Source: Phoronis australis (taxonomy: Eukaryota > Animalia > Phoronida). Taken from it: 64,000 nucleotides of DNA. Positions 13,290 to 24,769 of the stretch are shown one piece after another. Every line of letters starts with the position of its first letter. Within the stretch, counting starts at the first letter, position 1. The notes below the pieces were generated by a model, which ran no database searches, was not told the origin of the DNA, and worked only from the letters and a program-made list of their open reading frames with translations. A program made the position numbers and the translations under genes. The stretch is from assembly GCA_002633005.1 (NCBI GenBank), contig NMRA01000004.1, forward strand, positions 2,087,935 to 2,151,934, in the 5' to 3' direction.

Positions 13290-15290
13290 AAGTTAATGTC
13301 ACTCGGTGAGAAAGGACAGGTATTTACACCAGATGCTTTTGGTTTTCATTTCACTGGGATTGAGTTTCAACGGCCTATACATGTAGAAGCGCTTGTAAAA
13401 CAGGTCCAGTTTTGGCACGCGGCTTTCCTTCATGTAACCTCATTCAGCCTTAATAAACTCCACAATTAGATCCCTGAAGGTAAACAAAACATATCACTTG
13501 ACTCGCTTTGTGCCCAAAATCTGACCCTGATCTAGACCAGAGTGTAGCTTCAGTCCTTCATGTTTCTTCCAGGAAAGGAAACAAGCCATTGTTGTCCACA
13601 CATGACTCATTGCCTATGAAAGGGCTGGTATACATGTAGCAGTCAGGTATAGTTCTTCACACGCAAACAATCCACTGGCACATTTTCGTATGGTAACTTA
13701 GTACTGCGATTCACATTTCTCCATGGCCACTGGCTTGTACATTGTGCCATGCAGCACTGCTGGTGTGTGGACGACATGCTGTGGGAAGAGAGAGGAGTAA
13801 CAAAGCTTGTGCATGTTGTACTGTAGCTTGAAGTGGCCTTAAAATGTCACTGAACCTGGAACAAATATTGAAACATGAATAATTAAGTATGTCAGGTTGG
13901 ATAAAAAATGTTGCCCTTGCTTTTGAAAAATATGATATGGTATCTACTTTACAATTTCACACAAAATAAATAATTACTATTCCCAGAAAGCAAGGGTGTA
14001 TATAATATAATATAATAAGTATTGGTTTGTATAGAACTGCGTCTTTATTTTTCATTCCCAGACATAACAATAATTTAAACGCATCACTTGTCTGCAGAAT
14101 ATGTAAGTTATTTGAGACAACTTCAAACCTTTGTTACCATTTTCAAACCTTTTGATTTTTGATACTTTCAGCAATCATAAACTGTCCGATTACAGATTCA
14201 TGGGTCTGTAAAGCACATTTCTGGTCTAAGGCTGAGGGAACCGTTTTTCAGATGTTTTATTGTTCTTCTAATAGAGGATATGAAATCTTGTGTCACTTAA
14301 AAATGATGGGTAATCTTTCTGTTGTTTAAGAGTAATTAAATACCATGAGGTACCATCGTTTGCGTATCGGCAGTAAGAATAATATGTACAAATACGACCT
14401 CACTCGTATCTTCACATCATGACAGTCATACGAATTTATAAACGACTTGCAACATTTCAATGCATGAGTTAAGACTGTTCAGTTGTTGAGAATTCAGAGA
14501 ATGTAACATATGTTTAAGGATTTACAGTGGATAGGAAAACAGTTTCATGAAATGTGAAAGAACTTCAAGAAGTTTAAGAATTGCCTCACCATGTACTTTC
14601 CCCCGGACACTGTTACCTGTTATTTCCACACATTAAGTTGATCCAAATTTTACAACCCCAACCCCCTATGTCAATCTCCCGCTAAGGAGTTGATTAAGTA
14701 AATTAAAAAAACATCTTACATACCTTTCTTTAAAAATAGCTGTCCCTTTTCAAACTCTTTGTTCTTGGTCTCCGATATAGATAGTAGGCTTGACAACAGA
14801 TCTGCAGTGGATAGGGAGATCTGGCTAGTTAGCTGCCGGCAGTCAACTGCCGGCTTAAAACCAATGTCTGTCCATTCAGGGACGGTTGCAGAAGTGATAT
14901 CTCCTCTGCACGGTACTAGCCCTCAAACCTAAAGGTCAGGTGAAAACCGACATGACCAACTGTAATAGATTTCCGGACGACATAGGATGGGAAGTAAACA
15001 AATGGTCTAATGGATCTTTATTTGTCACGTACCCTTTGTGCTTGGATTGTAATCTTACCTCACTAACAAATATCGAATTGACAGCATAAACATTTAGCAT
15101 TGATTGATGTACTGTAACAGCCATCGGCCAGTACCTCAATTAACAGAAATCAGTATTTTAAACAAGGAATAATCATTAAAATAATCGCAAACCATACCTT
15201 TGCATAATGTCATGCTAACTTCCTCTCATAGAAGCACCCTTTCACGCAATCTCAGATTCAATTGGCACGGCCTGCAAGCCATTTCACCAT
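13290..15290 (-). pseudogene. SAP-domain plus YqaJ-like exonuclease gene remnant of ISL2EU, copy 1
   Basis: Minus strand: SAP-like exon at ~15200-15290; HTPAVLHG and QGQILGTKRVK..LFTFRDLIVE motifs at ~13450-13790; stops and frameshifts. Confidence 0.65.
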
Positions 15291-15815
15291 GTATTTAAAG
15301 GGCTCGCGAAATCGAAGCTGCTTAATCTCTTACCACTAGTACACGCGCGCCCTCTAGTAATGTAAAGATTGTCGAATAGCCCCATTATATGAAATGACCA
15401 ACGTGATATTGCATATCTGCGAACGTTCAGTAGGCCTAATGGCGGCACTAATTTGCCTCAACTCATGCAGTGCACTTGGGACATTTTTTAACTAGCTGAC
15501 ATCAATTTTTACCTACAAACTTTCTTCTAAACATTCAATTTAGAAATTGGTGTTTAGGTCAATTTTTACTAGAATGGTTAGATATAGCTGGGCTGATAGC
15601 CTAAAGCTTGACGACAGTTGGTCATAATAGAGAACTGTACGGCCGAGAAGAGTGCCGCGTGCGTTGTGAACGTAGCGTCCGTACTTGTACATGTACATGT
15701 ACATGAACACCATGACGCTCTCTAATTTGGACACTCAGATTTCATTTGTGGCATCGATCAAACTGACGTCGACTGCCGTACAAGCAGTAGTTTGAATTCC
15801 TCGCAGTTGCAGTAA

Positions 15816-17079
15816 TTACTCTGCGCGTGTAAGCGCAGAGTACTGTTGTTCCTGGGTTTTCCTCAATTTTATTCTTATTCTTATTCCTCTTATTCTTATT
15901 CTTATTCGTCTTATTCTTCTTCCGACCAACTTTGAGGCTTGATAACTCCAAATTGGGTGCAGGTACGGTCTTTAAATTCAGCATATGACTTTTGACAGTA
16001 TATAAATTTTGATTGGTTATATAATCATATTCCATATTGCACCGAAAGAGATCGTTTGGTGCAAAGGTCATATAATTTTCAAAATGCTACTCCTTCAGTT
16101 TTAAAGCTATCTTTTGCAAATTCGGTGCACAAGTATAAGTCAACAAGGCAATTTAAAAACTTACTTTTCTAAGTAATCGGGTCATCCAATCAGGTGAAAT
16201 AGGTCAAAGGTCATTAGGTGCTAACTAAAATTTTGAGCTAAACACTTCAAATTGACAGGTCTGATTGCCACAGGTAAGTCAAATCGGAATCCAAAGTTTC
16301 AGGTCATTTAGTGCAAACATGGGGTCATTAGGTGCATTTTTCTTCTGAAAAATTGACCTTTCAATCAGCAAGTATTCTGATGTGTCAACCGTTAGACAAC
16401 TGTGATTCTCAGCGTTAAACACATTTTCCATGGGCTTTGCAATAATTCTCCTAAAGATGCTTAAAATGCACCGGATAAGGTCAGTTAGTGCAAAGGTCTT
16501 GTAACGTTCAAAATGTTATATCTCTTACGTTTTTCAAGGAATTCTTTTCAATTTCAGCACACTGGTGTAAGTCAACATGCCAATTGAATACCCTACTTTA
16601 CTTCGCAATAGGCCTAACCAATCAGAAAAAATTGGTCAAAGGTCATTGAGTGCAAACTAAAATTTTGAGCTAGACACTTCAGAATTACGTATCTGTTTAC
16701 TTAGTGGGATTGAGTTTGAATTCTAAATTTTCAGGTCATTTGGTGCACCCATGGGGTCATTAGGTGAATTTTTCTTCTGAAAGTTTGACCACTTCATTCA
16801 TCTTGTATTCTGAAGTGCTTAAAGTAAAACATCTGTGGTTATTAGCATCAACCACACTTTTAATCGAGTTAACAATTACTCCCTCATTGGGGCTCATAAT
16901 GCACCGGAAGATGTCAATTAGTGGAAATGTCATCAAAAATTAATATGTAATTTCTCCTACAATTTTAGAGAATTCCTTTTCATATTGGTAAACGGGTTGC
17001 TGTCAGTAACTTCCCATAATTCCAGTAATACGCACGCGCAGAGTCCATTATTGTCACGCCGTGACAATAATCTTTCTAG
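15816..17079 (+). mobile_element. Helentron-associated non-autonomous element (HINE/Helitron2-like) with internal tandem array
   Basis: 5' hairpin actctgcgc-gtgtaa-gcgcagagt; (TTATTC)n at 15868-15920; ~430-bp units starting ~16040, 16468, 16901; 3' subTIR cgcgcagagt, palindrome attattgtcac-gcc-gtgacaataat, terminal ctag. Confidence 0.75.
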
Positions 17080-17749
17080 TTGAGGCATGTAACACTTCCG
17101 TTCCTTTGTTACGGAAATAGAACAAAGGCATTGATAATAGCTAATGTGCTTTGTTAGGTTTTGCAGTGCGTAGTACATGATGGCTATGCTGGAATAAATC
17201 AATGTCCTCTTGTCGGATTGACGAGGTGGGGATAAAATTCGCATCTGCAGTTGCGGTACGAATTTTTAGCGGTCGCATCTGTCTTATGCACGACTGTCAA
17301 CATATATATTTATATGTATATTTTACACTTGGCTGCTTACATGTATTTCGCTTTCACAAATCACCTCTGGACGCAACGTTCGTGTGATCTACCGATCTTA
17401 ATCATTGTTTGCAATTAAAACAGCAATGGCTGTTGACTTCTTTGTTTCCCCCTTGTCAACTGGCAAAGAGATCTAATTGGTTTTGGATGACGTTCTCCGC
17501 AATTTATACAAATTAGATGATGTGTAGCCCCTAGAAACGTATGTCCTCGTGGTATCACACCTATCTTAAAAGTTCTCCGTTAATCTGTTCTATTGGGACT
17601 CGGGTGTGAATTATTTATTTCAATGAATGGACTTGATACAATTAAAAATTGTATATTGGATCTCGTCTAGTTTTAGCGTTATATTCATATCAGTTTAAAT
17701 CACTGTTGACACGCATACAGTGTACATGTACATTTTCGTCCATTCACAT

Positions 17750-18100
17750 TCTTCTTGGACGGGTTGAAAGTTGTCTGTTTCGGCACTGTTGTATCTGCCT
17801 CCAGAAACGCACGATCGTAATGTGAAGATCCATTATTTGGGGTCTGGCAACGCTGTGTGCCTCATCTTGCCTGGGTACCCGCAACGCCTCACCTGGCAGA
17901 GGGTAACTCTCTACGTTGCTATAGTTGAACCGCCACATAAACACTCCGTCATCTTGATCGGGAAAAACGTAAGACATGGATGTTTTTGCAGACCTTTTCA
18001 CAATTGTGCACTGCTTCTCTCACCCCTAACTTAAGTGGCAAGTATCTCGAAGTACTTGATCATTCAGTGGAAAGTCGTTTGCGGATTATCCATGGTCGTC
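17750..18100 (-). pseudogene. Possible hAT transposase C-terminal remnant
   Basis: Fragments PLNDQVLRD, VKRSAK..VFPDQDD...W and ITIVRFWRQI across frames resemble the region preceding the hAT dimerisation domain; heavily decayed. Confidence 0.3.
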
Positions 18101-19371
18101 AGTCTATCATTCTGTCCCCCCCCTCCGCATTTCGCATAACCTCTAGCAGACGCAATAAATGATAATTTTCGCCAACTCAGTTCTCTTTTTATCTCTGAAA
18201 ACAGTTTTGCTGACCCACGGTCTATGTTCATTACGGGACACGTGTCGAACATAATGTGTATTTAATTTAGATCAACTCACGGGAGTCTACCAACTTAGCG
18301 ATTCAGCACCGACACGCTTGTCGTGAGCATTTGAAATTGATCACTGTCGGGTTTTTTTTGTTGCGCTGCTAACAGAAATATTATCACGTTTGCTCAAAGA
18401 ACGATCAGTTAGATGACTGTTAATTAAGCCGAGTGTCTCACAAGAGCTTAATACAATGGATCATATATATACGAATACTCGTGTTATCTTAGGTAAGCGT
18501 TACAGAATACATGGACGCAGGCAATGTCTAAAACGTCATCGAGCCATTCTTGACATCAAATGGACCAGATATATGAAGCTCGCGTTGTCAATATGACGCC
18601 ATATTGGAAAGTATTACACAGGACAAAAATGGCGGAAAACACTGAGAGCTCTACGGCATCAGTCAGAAATTCCGGAAGCTAGCAGGTTTAGTTTTTTATG
18701 TCCTGCCACCATAGTTTAAGCGGAGCGACCAGGCGTTGTTTCCACCCAAGTCTTGGTTATTGAGACCATATAAGATCAATTAAAAATAATTATTGACCAG
18801 CACATGCTGTTATCCAATTATGATGCTATTTGTTAATTGTCCTTAAGTACATATTTGGTATTAATGACAATCATATGTGTTTTTACTTGTACTGAAAAAC
18901 AACATCGGCATGCCCAAACTTACTCGCCAGCCGTTTAAATCAGTACATTTAAGTGAATACTGAAATATTGAAATATATAATGCTTTAAAAACTCACTTCT
19001 TAATATGTATTCCAAAACCAGATATTTTCTGTTGTATCAAAACAAACAAATCCAACATCTATACTTATGTCGACGTTGACATTGGAAATACTGTAGATTG
19101 GCATCGCTTGCCTATGAGCTCTTTGTTTTGTGACTTTAAAATTTGCGGAAAATTAAAGTGTGTAGTAACCAAAATATCGGATGTTTTAGTCTGGAGCGAC
19201 CTGAGTGGCGCGCGGCAAGGGAAATCTACACGCCTTGCTGTTTCAGTATAAGGCGCAATTGGAAAAGAAAGTACCTAACGGTGTGCAGACCAGGAATACG
19301 ATGTGTGGGAGCTGGGCAGAAGCGAAAACAATCACTATTTTTCGAACAGTCCTTCGTTCAGTTGCCAATCG

Positions 19372-19423
19372 GCAGTGTAAAAATGCCCAGTTGCCAATCG
19401 GCAACTGGGCATTTTTACACTGC
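19372..19423. repeat. Perfect palindrome, 24-bp arms, 4-nt loop
   Basis: gcagtgtaaaaatgcccagttgcc-aatc-ggcaactgggcatttttacactgc. Confidence 0.95.
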
Positions 19424-19872
19424 TTGTGCTGGGATATTATAATATCTGACTAGCTGCATGAAGGCTTATCCAAAATACGTGGCACATGTTAAGAATCTTT
19501 CGATCGCAGCCAAGTTTTTTTACCAACAAAGTCAAATTTGAAACCGTGAGAAAGCCAAACGTGGGCGAGAGAAGAATTTTATTTTTTTCAGTTGAGGGAC
19601 GCACAGTACGTATACATGTATCAGATTAAGGCGCCCATCGGCAACTGGGCATTTTTACACTGCTTGTGCTGGGATATTATAATGTCTGACTAGCTGCATG
19701 AAGGCTTATCCAAAATACGTGGCACATGTTAAGAATCTTTCGATCGCAGCCAAGTTTTTTTACCAACAAAGTCAAATTTGAAACCGTGAGAAAGCCAAAC
19801 GTGGGCGAGAGAAGAATTTTATTTTTTTTCAGTTGAGGGACGCGCAGTACGTATACATGTATCAGATTAAGG
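19397..19872. repeat. Near-identical 240-bp tandem duplication
   Basis: 19397-19631 repeated at 19637-19872 with about 3 differences; each unit starts at the palindrome centre. Confidence 0.95.
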
Positions 19873-22420
19873 TCGGGGAAGGAAAGGAACGGTTAGAAAT
19901 AACGTGTGGCCGCGGGGCTGACCTCTTTGCGAGCAAATAGTGTGTGGATACTACAAAACGCCGAGCAATGTCTGGTGTTTGATCGGTGGGGGGGACTTCA
20001 GATCCGTGAGAGAGGAATACCGTGCGTGACCTGGGTCATATTTTAATATTAAAAAGTTAACCGGAGTCATTTTTCGATACTGAAATGATGTATTGAACAT
20101 TAGCGAAAGTGCATACCACCCGAGTGAGTGGCACGTCCCTGTATACTACTGCATATACTGTATTTGTTTCGAGAGTCATGAAAATTAAATGATAAATTTG
20201 CGCGATCTCCCTGGTTTCTCCTAAGAAACGGAAAAGTAGGTAAATTGCTTGCAGTGGATTGACAAGCGTGCAGCTGCACAGGCCACTCGGGAATCTGCCA
20301 CTGGTTGCGATCTTCCATTAGTTTGATATTTTCCCTATCGACTGGTTGAAGCTTAAAAACGCATGTAAGTGCTGCATCACATGTTTTTGTTCTGGAAAAC
20401 TCCCATTCTTCCGCCTCTTTATGAGTTAGATATCGCGCTTTGAAAAGGACAGTTTGTCTCGTTTGTTTACACGGCGACTAACCGTGTCACGTGACTAGAA
20501 ACACTCTCTAATATGGCGTCAAGTTGCCAGTTTCAGCAGCGCGTGCGCCTGGTCTATATTATTAAGATGCCTATGGGCACAACACACTTCCGTTAATGAT
20601 CTACGTGTTCGCCTTCAGTAAGAGGGTACCATTGGTGATTTAGATGTGCTTACAAAGATAAGAAATTGTTCATTTTCATGTGCAGGTGTATGTGACATTG
20701 ATTTGAACAATTCTAACTCAGGCATTGATTCGTAAAACTATTACACAACAACCATCGCGATCAACCAAACCCTACTCGCCAACAATTTAGTTGGAGACAT
20801 GTGAGCATATAGGGCTGCTAATGCATCTTTTCACGAGGAGCAGTGCATTATTGTAATCCCGCCGTCCAATCACGTTGAAAACTTTCTGTCACATCTAATT
20901 TCAGGTCTGCATACATTCTTTAGGTAAAAGATACTCATAAATAGTTCTGAATTTCAATTGAACTTATTGTACAGCCGCACAGAGTACATCAAAGCACCTT
21001 CAATAAGCGATGTCGAAGACAGGACTTTGGTCCCATGAGTCAAGTTTTTTGTTTCATTAGTTGGCGATGTATCCCGGTAACCAAAATGAAAGTAACCCTC
21101 AGGAGCATAAACGAAGGAATTCCAACGAGGGTAAGGAAATTGTCAACACTCGTATACTTTGCACACATTTAAGGATAATTCAGTTTCTGCGGGGCAATGA
21201 TGTCTGTTGTATTTAACTACATGTATACTCCTGAATAAACTATCGTATTTAAGAGGCAACTTGCATCATTTCATGTTTTGGAATGCAACTTGGAGTTTTA
21301 GTACCCGTTTGACAGTCGACAGGTAGTAGCTAAATATGCCCTAAAATAGCGGTTTGTCTAACCATTTCAACTGTAACTGTAGCACTTTCAATCTGAAATT
21401 AGGAAATTGTGTAAAGAAAAATTCGAACAAATGCGTGTTTTCAAAAATTGATTTGCTTGCCGGCAAGTTGGCCAACGCATGTACAGTTCATTTGTATAAC
21501 CCACGGGCTGCTACTCATTGCGTACATGTGTCATTTGCCGATAGCCGATATCTGAGGTTATTTCACAGCAGACTAAACCACTTCTGCCAAATCAAATTTC
21601 TGAAAGATTAATTTCACCTCCATTTATAAAATATGTTCATCGATTACTGTTACGTTTCATTTGCACGTGAATTGTCGAAAGGCTACGACTGTTAAAAACG
21701 TAACAAATTTGCACTGGTGCTGTATACATGTACATGTATTCTAGAACTTGCTGCCGGTTGAGGGAAAATACCTGTCGCTATGGCTTGGTGCATTCCATTT
21801 TATCTTTTCTTGCTTTATACATGTAGGTGTTATCTTAGTCATCACACCAGCTATCAGATATTACATGCGCAGTTATCTTGAATACGCAGCATAAACACAA
21901 TAGTGTTTTAGGATTGGTAAGGGGAGAGCGTAAGGATACACAAAACACTCGTAAGCAAAGTAAACTGTAACGGCTGTGTGAAACTAAGGAGGTTAGTAAT
22001 ATTTATGGTACATTATATTTTGTTTTCCGCTATTCACAAGTTATGCAATTTAATACGTTCACTTACTTATTTTCATTGTTTTAAGCACATTAATACCGAG
22101 TATTTCGCACAGTTAAATGCCGGCAGTAGCGCCTTCAAGTGTCATAATTGCCTGTACACCATTGTTTTAACACAATAGGAACACTGGGTCTGGTAGCGGG
22201 CTTACATTATGATAGGTGTTTCCTGAGCTAGCGTAGCACTTCTAAGGTATTGATCAACAAAGCAACGCATGTGTCAAGCACTTGTCCTATATCGCATGCA
22301 CATGCTATTATAACCATTTCATATCCTAGTCACTGTAATGCAGGGAGGCTTGCAATGTATATCGTTGTATGTAGAGTTGCAAAGCTTCCACAAAAATGTA
22401 TTGGATGCACGTTGTATTGT

Positions 22421-23536
22421 TTTTTTTACTTGGCGAAATAAATTTCGCCAAGTATGTTGCTCTAACACTAAGTTTGTTTTGCGGTTGTGGCGGCCATTTT
22501 GTTTCCATTTAAAGGTTCAAATGCTTTTGGAGGCTACAATTTTTTACGTAAAAGGCTAAGAATCGGCACAGTAAATGAACCGGAAGTTTGCTACAAGCAT
22601 AGTGGAAATTGTTTCCTTCCGGTTAAAGATGGCGGAAATATCGGCGATCGCGCATGCGCACCTCGATTTTGGCCTAAAAACGTTTTCCCCTCTAGAGGGC
22701 GTATTATCAGACCAATTCCTTCGAATTTTTACAGGTATTGGTTTCTTGTAACATGCTATTATACAAAGCCAAAAAACCGGAAGTTGCTTTCAAGATGGCG
22801 GATATGGCGCATGTTGACCCATTTTCAGTTGTCTGGAGTGCGCTTTAAAACGGGAAGAGAAAAAGACGTGATTTTTTGCATGTGGATTCTTTGAAGTATA
22901 GTCTTTCAAATGGCTTGTAACAATTTTTTCTCAGACTTATTGTTTTCGAGTTATTTGACTTTGAATTTCTTAAAAAAAGCGCGAAATTTCATTTTTTTCG
23001 AAAAATTTACGGAGTTAGGTGATACCATCAGTTTAGATAGAATTTTTAAACGGGCTTTCAGAAGATGTTTTCCATTTTTCGCTAGGACGTCTACTTTTCG
23101 AGTTATTTTAGATTTTCTGATAACGCTGTTCCTTTGTTGAGCGCTCTTGGTGCATTGATGTTGGTTTATCTTCTATTGAAGTAGACTGTAGCCTATTTCT
23201 TATTGATTTATGACATCTAAGTTCGTCATATGAATGTTGTGATGTTGTTCATCATCGCCACCACCATCATCATATTCGTCATCATCGTCATCATCTTCGT
23301 CATCATCTCCGTCCTTGTCTTTTCCGTTAATTTCGCCAAGTGTCGCTCAAGACTGTAGCCTTTTTCTTACTGATTTCAGACTTCTACGTTTGTCATGTGT
23401 ATGTTATTATTACTTCTTTTGTTCATCTTCGCCACCATCGCCACCATCGTCGTCATATTCGTCATCATCTTTATCGTCATCTTTTTGGTTAATTTCGCCA
23501 AGTTTCGCTCCTCAGAGCGCTTTCATTTTCTTTGTT
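22421..23536 (+). mobile_element. Second HINE/Helitron2-like non-autonomous element
   Basis: T-run then hairpin acttggcgaaat-a-aatttcgccaagt (22428-22453); subTIR aatttcgccaagt at ~23330 and 23491; short 3' hairpin cgctc-ctca-gagcg and T-rich end; (TCA/TCG)n tracts and ~167-bp internal duplication. Confidence 0.65.
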
Positions 23537-24267
23537 AGCCAACTCAGGGGTACCGGACATTTTGAAAAGTAGTCCAGTCATCCGTTATTCTACCTCCGCC
23601 AAGGAGTAAAGTACCATGCAGGGCGGATCTATTGGTTTCGAGACCTTCCATGGAACTCGGAACTGTTGGTTCCAAGGACTCTGCGTCATCCATGGCCAAT
23701 GACCAAATTTCTTTAAATGAAGATATATGAGCACGGAATTTAATCACCTCGTGACGACAGCCGTTAGTCTGTTCACTCGAACATTGCACTACGTTTTTCT
23801 AGAATGTTTCAAGTTAATACATTTTAAATTCTTCGTGTAATAGCATTACTGTCACTGGAACTTCAGAACGTCATACCTCAGCAATTGCTAACTGAATTCA
23901 TGTGAAACAGTTTCGCACTATTTTTTATGGCTTGTTAAGAATTTGTGCATGAAAAGCACTGAAAAAAATGAAATTTTATGAAAACTTCAAAAAATTGTAT
24001 TTTAGGAAACCTAAACAGCATGTTTAAAATTCCATCTTGGACATCTATATCAAATGAAATTTGGCTATATTATTAATGTCGTTTTTTCTGCAAATGTACC
24101 TTTCTTATTTGAATCATAAATTCTAATAAAATATACTCACGTGACCAATTAGTGACAGATTGGTAAAAATTCTGTAATCAAATTCTACAAATCCTCTACT
24201 TTAACAAACAATGCTTTTACTGGGCTAAATAAAGTTTATAGTTTTGCATCAATTTTTCTAATTTCAA

Positions 24268-24769
24268 AGGGTGATCGAAAAGGTCGTAAACACCCTTATA
24301 GCTCAAAAACGCATGAAGTGGGTACCTAATATATTGCAAGTGGCCATCTCCATTTCTAACTCGAACAAAATGATGTTGCAACAACTTAAGAATGGTTGGT
24401 AACAACAGCTGTTGTCTTTAAACCTTTGCTCAGGTCTCGACAGAAATCCTAGGAACACGTCTATTTGAAAACACGTGTCTAAAAATAATACAGAATACCG
24501 GTTAAAAATCTGATCAATTTTTAGAAGATGACCATTTTGAAATCTAATAAAAATAAACTCCACATCCGTAAAAGTGTTTTTTTAAAGTTCATGATGATTT
24601 CATATTTTGATGTGAATATACAATGTACCATTGTGAGTGAATACTGTGTATTTGCCAATTCTCGGACAAAGCGTATAAAAACAGCAAGCTATGATAAATT
24701 TCTGTTTGTAATTGTATATTGATGACGTGAATAAGACCACACGGTTGTTTTGAGACCGGTGACACCCTA
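24268..24769. mobile_element. Possible decayed Tc1/mariner-like non-autonomous element
   Basis: Ends agggtgatc / gacaccct resemble CAGGGTG-type TIRs; poorly conserved. Confidence 0.3.

Larger units (their letters stand above)
11648..15383 (+). mobile_element. ISL2EU (PIF/Harbinger-related) DNA transposon, internally deleted, copy 1
   Basis: TIRs gggctactcgac / gtcgaatagcccc, AT on both flanks; THAP remnant on +, SAP and YqaJ remnants on -; colinear with 32605-36669. Confidence 0.85.

Noticed and set aside
9400-19000. Possible shared repeat between ~9400-9800 and ~18700-19000
   Set aside because: Only short scattered matches (e.g. ttatt.accagcac.tgttat); boundaries and family could not be defined by eye
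16040-19872. CRISPR-like arrays in the tandem repeats
   Set aside because: Units are long and lack unique spacers, there are no cas genes, and the context is eukaryotic
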